Assembly (NCBI GenBank): GCA_051532035.1
Contig: JAOPTW010000058.1
Span: 1-17,701, forward strand
Direction of reading: 5' to 3'
DNA: 17,701 nucleotides
Source: Fibrobacterales bacterium
GTDB lineage: Bacteria > Fibrobacterota > Fibrobacteria > Fibrobacterales > JAOPTW01
Below, one piece after another: positions 7,179 through 14,708 of this stretch (positions are counted from its first letter, which is position 1; the number at the start of each line of letters is the position of its first letter). The notes beneath the pieces were generated by a model. That model worked only from the letters and a program-made list of their open reading frames with translations. It was not told the DNA's origin and did no database searches. The position numbers and the translations under genes were made by a program.

Positions 7179-9626
7179 ATGACGAAATTTAATATACACC
7201 TACTAGGACTTAATAGAAAGCTATGCTTATTCGTATTGGCAATAATAGTTCTCGCATCAACAGCATCTGCTGCAAATCAAGATGATATTCCCTTTACCTT
7301 TATTCGTGTCGGTGATATGGATGGGTTTGGGTTTAACGAAGGCTCGGGTCATACAAGTGCTGCCGGTTCACCTCTGAATGTTGATGGTATAGGTATGCTG
7401 TATGGTGGAGATTTCTTACCTGATTTAAATCATGGAGGTACGGTACAAGCAAGTCAAGGTGATGATTTTGATAACCGTGACGGATCAGAACACGGTGATG
7501 GCAAGGTTGAAGCACGTGGTGCTATCATAAATAATGGTACAAAAGGCTCTCAGTGGACAGACCATACCATGGCATGGGCGACTCGGCCAGAGTTTGTTTT
7601 TGATTTTAAAGTAAAAGAAGGAATGATTGACCCTAAGGCTGAAATATATTTTAATATGATATTTGGTGATTATGATAATCATGGTGCTACAATCGAAATT
7701 TCCAATAACAATGGTCCAATCACAACCCTTACGCCTACTCTTCAAAATCAGGTAGGGGCTGGAGAAGAGAATGATGGATTAATCCAAACAACATACTATG
7801 TGGTGAATTTTAGTGATGTATTTTATAAAAAAGAGAATGGATATCATATTGGTTATTTTAAAGCGGCCTTTAATAATGTTTCTGACCCTTTTTTAACTTT
7901 TGACTTTGCAGAGCTTGGAGCAGAGCCCATTGACCCAGATATAATACTTGCACCGGGACCACATGAAATTACCGCTTCCGATCACGAATTAGTGGCAGGT
8001 GATACTGTTTCTCTTTCTGCTGTGGTGACCGATGTCTATTATGAAACGTATCAAACATCAAAAGAAGATTTTAAGTGGACGATTATTGCAGATGAAAAAG
8101 AGGAAGGGGATTTAGTAATTGTAAATACAAAGGGTAAAAGCTCTTTTACTGCAACACAAGCCCATAGAACAGTGCCTATTAGAGTTGTATATACCGACCC
8201 TGACAATAGTAAGAAGAAATTAAAAGACACTATTACGGTGACCGTTGTTCCAGCAGAGCCCTATGGACTCGATATTGAGCCAACCAAAAAGAGAAAATCT
8301 AAAGTTGAATATTATAACGATATTTCATTTAATGTTACTGATGTTTTAGAAGACTCAGTGTATGCTTTTGTCCGTGATGAATATGGTAATTTTATTGAAA
8401 GTGCCAAAACAGCACAATGGACTAGTGGCAATAGTACTCAGGTGAGTATTGATAACATGATTGCACCGCCTCACGGGATACTATTTACAACGGGTGAATC
8501 GGGCGAAACATATATCCGAGTTGATGAAAAGGGCTTACTCGGTGATTCAGTATTGATCACTATTGTAGGAGAAATTGAAGAGCCCGATACAACGAGGAAA
8601 CATGTTGAAATAATTGATACCACATGGGTCGATACTACTATAACAAAAAGTATCAGTACATTAGAATTAGAAATAGAACATGAAAAGGGAGTGGTTGGTC
8701 AAATGGAGTCGGCGGAACTCACGATAATTGCCGGTAATTTTGAATCGCCTAAAGTGAGTATCACGGCGACATTGGTTCTTCCTAAAGGCTCTGAGATTGA
8801 GATAGAATTGGAGCGTGGTGAAACCGATGGGGTTTTTGAAAGTACCGAAAATATTTATGATGCACTGCTCCCCTATGAAGGTGACCGTATCACACTCGAA
8901 GTGTATTATGAAGATTATTATGGCGATGAGATTCGAAGTGAACTCGAAGTCCTTGTGTATGAAAAAGTTCCTTTTGAAATTTCTTCGGGGCGATTAACAT
9001 TTGGAATCGTTCGGTCTCTACTTGATTATACCCAAGTGAGTGATAAAGATCTTGTAGAGAACAATGTTCTTTTTGAAAATTCTTCATTACAAAGAGAGAA
9101 CCATGCCCTATTTGTTGAGTCTGGTAAAAATGAAGTAGAAGTGTATGACTATGAGGATGAAGAATTTAGTGGGAGTATTCAGAAAGAAGAAAGCGAATTT
9201 ATAGGACCAACAATAAACTTAGAGCTTGAAGTTCCCAAAATAAGTGGTGATTTGGAGGGGACTGACTTCGATTTCGATGATTTAGGTAAGCCTGCATGGA
9301 ATGCTACAGTTATACTTGAGGTTTTTTATTACAATACTCAAGGTGAATATATTAGAGCTGTGTCTCAAGAAATAACATTAGGCAAGGAGTATCTTGAAAG
9401 TGGGACTGCAAAAGTGTACCAAGAATGGATACCTGAGCATATGGACGATTATGCTATTTTAACCGCCCACAATAACAGACACATTCAAAGTGGTGTGATA
9501 CTTGCTGCAATAAAAAGTACTATAGTCTATAGTTTAGCAGAGAACTATGCAGATATTGACAATGGATATACGGCAACTGTTACAAAGAGTGCATTACATT
9601 CTTTTGGGTACATACGTCATAAATAG
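7179..9626 (+). CDS. Large acidic secreted protein with Ig-like modules and Fibrobacter-type C-terminal domain
   Basis: 815-aa ORF with AGGGGG RBS and a Sec signal peptide (ASA-A). N-terminal D/G-rich domain of unknown function, beta-rich Ig-like segments (YAFVRDEYGNFI), and a C-terminal YYNTQGEYI...W...NNRHIQSGV...FGYIR motif. Confidence 0.75.
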   Translation: MTKFNIHLLGLNRKLCLFVLAIIVLASTASAANQDDIPFTFIRVGDMDGFGFNEGSGHTSAAGSPLNVDGIGMLYGGDFLPDLNHGGTVQASQGDDFDNRDGSEHGDGKVEARGAIINNGTKGSQWTDHTMAWATRPEFVFDFKVKEGMIDPKAEIYFNMIFGDYDNHGATIEISNNNGPITTLTPTLQNQVGAGEENDGLIQTTYYVVNFSDVFYKKENGYHIGYFKAAFNNVSDPFLTFDFAELGAEPIDPDIILAPGPHEITASDHELVAGDTVSLSAVVTDVYYETYQTSKEDFKWTIIADEKEEGDLVIVNTKGKSSFTATQAHRTVPIRVVYTDPDNSKKKLKDTITVTVVPAEPYGLDIEPTKKRKSKVEYYNDISFNVTDVLEDSVYAFVRDEYGNFIESAKTAQWTSGNSTQVSIDNMIAPPHGILFTTGESGETYIRVDEKGLLGDSVLITIVGEIEEPDTTRKHVEIIDTTWVDTTITKSISTLELEIEHEKGVVGQMESAELTIIAGNFESPKVSITATLVLPKGSEIEIELERGETDGVFESTENIYDALLPYEGDRITLEVYYEDYYGDEIRSELEVLVYEKVPFEISSGRLTFGIVRSLLDYTQVSDKDLVENNVLFENSSLQRENHALFVESGKNEVEVYDYEDEEFSGSIQKEESEFIGPTINLELEVPKISGDLEGTDFDFDDLGKPAWNATVILEVFYYNTQGEYIRAVSQEITLGKEYLESGTAKVYQEWIPEHMDDYAILTAHNNRHIQSGVILAAIKSTIVYSLAENYADIDNGYTATVTKSALHSFGYIRHK

Positions 9627-9739
9627 CAGTGTGAGGCATGATTGATTACGTGATTAAGAGAGATATGGGTTTATTAAAAGTACGCCCTAAAAATTCTCAA
9701 AGCATGTACTCAAATGATTGGATAAAAAATGGTATCTTT

Positions 9740-9767
9740 CTTTCGCAAACTGTTCTCTTGTGTAAAA
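9740..9767 (+). promoter_or_regulatory. Degenerate direct-repeat operator, copy 5, upstream of TIGR02147 gene (TATATT at 9814-9819)
   Basis: CTTTCGCA AAC TGTTCTCT TGT GTAAAA; 46-nt gap to TATATT; an extra TGTACTCA half-site at 9705-9712. Confidence 0.6.
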
Positions 9768-9842
9768 GAGCAGTAATAAGAATCAATTTTTGTATCCACA
9801 ATATTAAAAAATATATATTACAATAAGACTTCGGGGCATACA

Positions 9843-10658
9843 ATGAATATTTTTGGTTACTATAATTATCGAACCTATCTCAAAGATTATTATGAGTATA
9901 GGAAGTCGAGAGATCGCCACTTTACGTATCGTAAATTTGCTGAGAGTGCTGGAATTAAATCGCCAAGTCTCTACGTTGATATGGTTAATGGCCGGAGAAA
10001 TATAACTCCAGCATTGTTGCCAAAATTTTCGGCTGCACTTGGCTTAAATGAAAAAGAGTCAAAGTATCTGATGCAGATGATGCATTTTACTCATGCTAAA
10101 TCTCAGGAAGCAAAAGAAGAGACCTTTAATACTATGGCAAAATTGTTGCCAAGTACTGCGCGGAAACTGAGTAAAGATCAACGTGCCTATTATGAGCATT
10201 GGTATGTGTCGGCAATTCGTGAAACACTCGCGGTAATGAGTGTCGATGATAACTTTCAAGATCTTGCTTTGTTTCTTACTCCACGAGTCTCGATTCCTAA
10301 AGTAAAAAGTGCAATGCAGTTATTAATTGATCTTGATCTTATTGAAAAACAAAATGGATTTTGGCGCTCAAAAAATGGAAGTATCAATGGTGATCACATT
10401 GATATATTTACGATGCATGATGTCCAAAAACAATTTATGGATCTAGGAAAAGCGAGTCTTGATCTTTTTACTCAAGAAAAACGAAATGTGTCGGCACTCT
10501 CTATGAGTATCTCTGAAGAAGGGGTGCAACGACTCATTCATAAAATTGATGTTTTTAGGAAAGAGGCAATAGAGATAGTACGAGCCGATACTAATGAAAA
10601 TCAGGTGTACCATCTCAATGTGCAATTTTTTCCGATATCTAAGGAGGCAGACGTATGA
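9843..10658 (+). CDS. TIGR02147 family protein (N-terminal XRE-like HTH, C-terminal DUF4423), putative transcription regulator
   Basis: 271 aa. Hallmarks: IFGYYNYRTYLKDYY, FTYRKFAESAGIKSPSLYVDMVNGRRNIT (HTH), YYEHWYVSAIRE, RNVSALSMSIS, VYHLNVQFFPIS. Confidence 0.92.
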   Translation: MNIFGYYNYRTYLKDYYEYRKSRDRHFTYRKFAESAGIKSPSLYVDMVNGRRNITPALLPKFSAALGLNEKESKYLMQMMHFTHAKSQEAKEETFNTMAKLLPSTARKLSKDQRAYYEHWYVSAIRETLAVMSVDDNFQDLALFLTPRVSIPKVKSAMQLLIDLDLIEKQNGFWRSKNGSINGDHIDIFTMHDVQKQFMDLGKASLDLFTQEKRNVSALSMSISEEGVQRLIHKIDVFRKEAIEIVRADTNENQVYHLNVQFFPISKEADV

Positions 10659-12016
10659 TAGGGTTTATAACGTTAATAGTGAGTGCTCTTGTCTTAAGTG
10701 CTTGTAGTGTTACTGATGGTGATCAGGCAGGTACAACAACAGAATACCCTAATACTATAGCCGGAACGGTTATTGATTCGCTTGAGGGTCCGGTAGATAA
10801 TGCACGAGTGTATATGGTAGAACAGAATGGATGGAGTGATAAGGTGGCTGCAAAAAAATCACCAGTAATTACCTCTACTACTACGGATAAATCAGGATCG
10901 TTTACTTTTGAGAGATATGAAAATAGTGCAGTAAGTATTGAGGTAGTATACGACTCATTAATACAACAAGTGTATGATGTACAGGGTGATCAAGATAGTA
11001 TCATGCTCGATACATTGACGTTGGTTTCAACAAAATGGTTTAAAGGTGTTGTTATCGATTCGGCCTATTTTAATAGCAAATTATTTATAGAACCCACACG
11101 CCATTCTGTTGTGGTTGATGGGAGGGGCACCTTTCTTTTTCGTGGATTATTAGAGCATGACTATCGTTTTTATATACGCGATACAGTAGCTGGAACAGTT
11201 ATAAGCATTTCAGATTCTATGGTAAATATCACGGAAACGACTACCCCTTTTGAAGGCTTTAAACTTAAAGATGTTCCTGATGTAACTGTAAGAAAGATTG
11301 ATAGTGTTCCGAGCTCAGGCACCGATGAGGATACTACTGATGTAATAGATACAACAGCCTCTCAAGATTCGACAGTGCAAGGTGGTACTCTGGGGGGGGA
11401 TACTACCTCAACTTCTATTGATTCGGTATTGAGTTTTGATGATTTTAATGATGGTAATTGGAAGGGGAGTGTTGGTGATAATCCATTTAGTTGGTATTTT
11501 CGTATAGCATCACATACATGGCTAAAATATAATGATGCACAATCAATGATGGGTGATACGTTTGATAATCGATTTAAAATAAATGCCTATTCAGGTGACG
11601 ATGGTTTTGGGCTAAAGATCAAGAATTATTATGATACCGGAGACTCTATTAAAACATGGGATCGGAGTGGCGTAATGGCTGTGTTTGATGATAGATCAAT
11701 AAATATATCTCAGTATTCAAAAATTCGATTTTCTATTAAAGGAACAGGTGCATTGAACATTAATATGTTTATACACAAGCTCAATACTCCTGATGTGTAT
11801 GAAAATTTCTTTCTCTCTTCTGAACCTATTCAAGCAGAGGGTGATTGGAAAGAGGTCACGCTCAACCTTAACGATTTTTGGTATATCAATTTTGACGCTG
11901 AAACAGATGGTCCAAAGCAAGGAATTAAAAAACTTCTCAAAAGAGTAAGGCTTGTTGGTTTTACTATTGAGGGACAGAAATTAATTAGAATAGATTCAAT
12001 CGAATTTATACGATAG
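10655..12016 (+). CDS. Lipoprotein with carboxypeptidase-regulatory-like (prealbumin-fold) domains and C-terminal CBM11/CIA30-like carbohydrate-binding domain
   Basis: ATGA overlap with the TIGR02147 stop and AAGGAGG RBS; lipobox LSAC; AGTTTEYPNTIAGTV; TTTDKSGSFTF; Thr/Ser linker; FDDFNDG...NISQYSKIRFSIKGTG...WKEVTLNLNDF...IDSIEF. Confidence 0.78.
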   Translation: MIGFITLIVSALVLSACSVTDGDQAGTTTEYPNTIAGTVIDSLEGPVDNARVYMVEQNGWSDKVAAKKSPVITSTTTDKSGSFTFERYENSAVSIEVVYDSLIQQVYDVQGDQDSIMLDTLTLVSTKWFKGVVIDSAYFNSKLFIEPTRHSVVVDGRGTFLFRGLLEHDYRFYIRDTVAGTVISISDSMVNITETTTPFEGFKLKDVPDVTVRKIDSVPSSGTDEDTTDVIDTTASQDSTVQGGTLGGDTTSTSIDSVLSFDDFNDGNWKGSVGDNPFSWYFRIASHTWLKYNDAQSMMGDTFDNRFKINAYSGDDGFGLKIKNYYDTGDSIKTWDRSGVMAVFDDRSINISQYSKIRFSIKGTGALNINMFIHKLNTPDVYENFFLSSEPIQAEGDWKEVTLNLNDFWYINFDAETDGPKQGIKKLLKRVRLVGFTIEGQKLIRIDSIEFIR

Positions 12017-12147
12017 AGCGAGCGTGTAGGCGCTCATTCAATGGCACTTAGGGGTATTTGCCAAACCAGATCATTACTTTCTCATATTTACAGGGTTTGT
12101 GCTTTGTGGATGTGAGAGGGTCATGGTTTATCATAGAAAGGTATAGA

Positions 12148-14058
12148 ATGGATATGAAATTGTGTATTGGTGTTCTCGGGTTGTTGTGGCTCTTGTCGGG
12201 GTGTTTTAATGATTCGGTTACGATACAGGCTGTTGAAGATCTAGATTCGCTGAGTAGTGCAGGAATGGGTAGTGCTGATACCACACATCAAAGGAGTCAC
12301 TCTGAAATGTCATCATCACATATGATAGACGTACCAGTGTCTTCATCAACTGAATTTGATGACGAAAAAGTAATCGATGACTATGGACCGGTCCCCGTCG
12401 ATTTCACCAACTCTGACGGGGTTGTTGCTATTGACCTTACTCTTAAACCGGTACAGCATACTGAGCCATTTTCAGGTTTTGAGGGCAATAGGGGGACTGA
12501 TGGAGACCCCCATCGCTATTGGTCCTCTGATATTGAAACCCTATTGCCATGGTATCAAGTTGACTTACAAGGGATGTATAGACTTTCTTCAGTGTCTCTC
12601 ACCGCACGGCAAGATAAACCAAAACCATCATATCGTACCAATGTTGCCCTTTGGGTGTCGAATGACCCAACCTTTGCAGAGTATATAGAAATTGGAGAGG
12701 TTGTTGTTGAAGACCCTGAGAAAAATGTAATCTATTCAAATGCTGGAATATGGGAAGTGCCAGTGGAGCTATCTGAAAGTTATCGCTATGTACGTGTCCA
12801 GAGAATACATGATGCGGGGCACTTTAATTTTGGTGAGCTCTCAGTTGTAGGTGAACTTACTGCTAATGTTCTTTTAGCCCAGGCTGGGTCCAATATCAAA
12901 GTAGTTGATACGAATAATAATGGAAAAGAAAAGGTCGAGCTCAATGGTAATGCTTCTTTGCCAGGAAGCTATGCAATATCGAGTTACCAGTGGGAATTTA
13001 AGGATTCTGTGATATCTGATGAAAGTACTCACATGCAAGTGTTTCCTGTGGGTGTTCATAAGGTTGTGTTGACGGTTACCGACGAACTCGGAGACATAGC
13101 GGTAGATACACTTGTGATAAAGGTTAAAAAGGGAGATATCTTTGACCCTACAACACCTTTTACTCCTATCGATCCTTGGGAGCTCTCCAAAAAGGCTGGC
13201 CGGGGTATCAATATGGGAAATACACTGGAAGCTAAAAATGGTGAAGGTTCATGGGCACCTGCAGCGAAGGAGTATTATTTTGAAGATTATCAAAAGAACG
13301 GCTTCACGAATGTACGGATACCGATTCATTGGGGGATACGTATAGATGGTGACGGAAATGTGGACAAAAAATTTCTTGATCGTGTAGAAGAGGTGGTGGA
13401 CTGGGCTCTATCTTATGGGTTGGTAACCATAATTAATACCCATCACGAAGAGTGGGCGATTAATAACTATAGTGGAAGTAAATCAAAACTCATTCGAATA
13501 TGGGAGCAAGTCGCAGAGCGGTTTAAAGATAAGCCAAATCTTTTAGTGTTTGAATTGTTCAATGAACCACGTGCCCCAATGACTGACAGTGATGTGAGTG
13601 ATTTAAATACGATACTTTTAAAAACTGTTCGGAAAACAAATCCAAAGCGAGTATGTATTGTAACGGGAGGCAACTGGGGTAACTGGCGTGATCTTAAAAA
13701 TGTAAGCTGGCCAGATGACCCTTACCTTTGGGCATCGTTTCACTATTATGAACCCTTTACCTTTACCCATGAAAGCGGCTATGATTGGTCTAATGTTGGA
13801 GCGCTTTGGGAGGAGATGGATGACATTTTTAGTTGGTTAAAAAACACTAAAGGCATACCAGGATTTGTCGGAGAGTTTGGTGTCAACCATGGTAAGATGG
13901 CAAAGGATTGGGAGTCGGTTTTAAAGTATTATTCAACTACCACAGAGGCGATTAATAAATGGGATGGCGCCTATTCTGTTTGGGATGACTCTGGGTGGTA
14001 TAAGGTGTATGATCGTCAAAATCGTACGTTTAATGAGATTGAAGAACATTTGAAATAA
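12148..14058 (+). CDS. Lipoprotein glycoside hydrolase family 5 (endoglucanase-like) with discoidin/F5-8-like and PKD domains
   Basis: Likely start is ATG 12148 (or 12154) after AAAGG, giving a signal peptide ending LSGC. Discoidin-like PWYQVDL...YRYVRV...FGELSVVG; PKD-like SYQWEF...GVHKVVLTVTD; GH5 motifs GINMGNTLEA, VRIPIHW, INTHH, FELFNEP (acid/base), FHYYEP, VGEFG (nucleophile), VWD. Confidence 0.92.
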   Translation: MDMKLCIGVLGLLWLLSGCFNDSVTIQAVEDLDSLSSAGMGSADTTHQRSHSEMSSSHMIDVPVSSSTEFDDEKVIDDYGPVPVDFTNSDGVVAIDLTLKPVQHTEPFSGFEGNRGTDGDPHRYWSSDIETLLPWYQVDLQGMYRLSSVSLTARQDKPKPSYRTNVALWVSNDPTFAEYIEIGEVVVEDPEKNVIYSNAGIWEVPVELSESYRYVRVQRIHDAGHFNFGELSVVGELTANVLLAQAGSNIKVVDTNNNGKEKVELNGNASLPGSYAISSYQWEFKDSVISDESTHMQVFPVGVHKVVLTVTDELGDIAVDTLVIKVKKGDIFDPTTPFTPIDPWELSKKAGRGINMGNTLEAKNGEGSWAPAAKEYYFEDYQKNGFTNVRIPIHWGIRIDGDGNVDKKFLDRVEEVVDWALSYGLVTIINTHHEEWAINNYSGSKSKLIRIWEQVAERFKDKPNLLVFELFNEPRAPMTDSDVSDLNTILLKTVRKTNPKRVCIVTGGNWGNWRDLKNVSWPDDPYLWASFHYYEPFTFTHESGYDWSNVGALWEEMDDIFSWLKNTKGIPGFVGEFGVNHGKMAKDWESVLKYYSTTTEAINKWDGAYSVWDDSGWYKVYDRQNRTFNEIEEHLK

Positions 14059-14097
14059 TGAGGTCAGAGGGGTTTATACGTACAGTGGTTGGGGGTT

Positions 14098-14125
14098 TGT
14101 ACTTAGAATGTTCGCATCTGTAAAT
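14098..14125 (+). promoter_or_regulatory. Conserved direct-repeat operator, copy 6 (TATATT at 14172-14177)
   Basis: TGTACTTA GAA TGTTCGCA TCT GTAAAT; 46-nt gap to TATATT; no protein gene follows directly. Confidence 0.75.
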
Positions 14126-14183
14126 TAAGTGAAATTAAGATCACTCTACAAAAATATTTGTTTTAAAATTTTATATTTGGGGT

Positions 14184-14335
14184 ATGATTTGATTGGGTCT
14201 CTCCTTGATTTGGAGTCCACCAAAGTAAATACTGGTTAGTATTGAATAACTAACATCATGCGCTAATCCCCTAGCGCATGAAGACCCTATACTACTCTAG
14301 AATGCCCTTTCTGAGAGTAGTATAGGGGTTTTGTT
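14184..14335 (+). ncRNA. Candidate structured small RNA (or attenuator leader), family unrecognised
   Basis: Follows the operator and TATATT box. Closing stem GGGTCT/AGACCC encloses three hairpins (CTCC/GGAG, GTTAGT/ACTAAC, TCATGCGCTA/TAGCGCATGA). It ends in a 14-bp perfect stem plus T-rich tail. The 5' end is estimated from the -10 position. Confidence 0.6.
14285..14335 (+). terminator. Long terminator-like hairpin ending the candidate sRNA
   Basis: CCCTATACTACTCT (14285-14298) / AGAGTAGTATAGGG (14314-14327), followed by GTTTTGTT. Confidence 0.7.
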
Positions 14336-14475
14336 ATATGAAAATATTCCATACAACTATTCGAATACATTCTCATTTAACATTGGAGAAATGTTTTGCC
14401 GAAAAGGCTGAGTATAACAATCGTATGGATACTTATTACAGTGACAATAGTTGTTTGTGAAAAACTACGAATATA

Positions 14476-14614
14476 GAGATGCGGGAATATGATGTGTGTC
14501 CCAGAGGGCAATGTATAGCAGCCTAGAGGGGTATCTATGGCTGATATATATTATACCGATGATCATTGTACCCCCGCATCTCACTATTGGGATTAGCTTC
14601 GACTCGGAGGCTGA
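14476..14614. other. Second structured element (branched stem-loop) overlapping small ORFs
   Basis: GAGATGCGGG (14476-14485) / CCCGCATCTC (14573-14582) is a perfect 10-bp closing stem. Internal long hairpin at 14510-14552; further hairpin at 14593-14614. Confidence 0.45.
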
Positions 14615-14648
14615 TGACTCAGCGCTTAAGATAATTAGAATAAGATAG

Positions 14649-14682
14649 AAAAAGCACAAGGAGAAAAATCCTTGTGCTTTTT
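14649..14682. terminator. Bidirectional Rho-independent terminator
   Basis: AAAAAGCACAAGGA-gaaaaa-TCCTTGTGCTTTTT, a perfect 14-bp inverted repeat with T tracts on both strands, 26 bp beyond the CotH-2 stop. Confidence 0.92.
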
Positions 14683-14708
14683 GTTATTTGTATTGTTTTA
14701 ATTATTCT

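Noticed and set aside
9638..9826. 62-aa ORF between the 815-aa gene and TIGR02147
   Set aside because: It overlaps the operator and AT-rich promoter and has no recognisable protein features.
12016..12036. Terminator after the CBM lipoprotein gene (GAGCG/CGCTC)
   Set aside because: Only a 5-bp stem with no T tract.
12058..12147. TTG start giving a 666-aa GH5
   Set aside because: It would bury the lipoprotein signal peptide; ATG 12148/12154 has an RBS and gives a canonical signal.
14195..14287. tRNA or tRNA-like gene (cloverleaf topology on either strand)
   Set aside because: No TTCRA T-loop, no D-loop GG, arm lengths are wrong and there is no CCA end.
14338..14460. 40-aa ORF directly after the sRNA terminator
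   Set aside because: No recognisable features, and its RBS region lies in the terminator stem; not supportable without Ribo-seq.
14476..14614. 6S RNA or cobalamin riboswitch (GAGATG/CATCTC closing stem; GGGAA...CCCCCGC words)
   Set aside because: The stem spans only ~107 nt and lacks the 6S central bubble architecture. The spacing and the B12-box of cobalamin riboswitches are missing.
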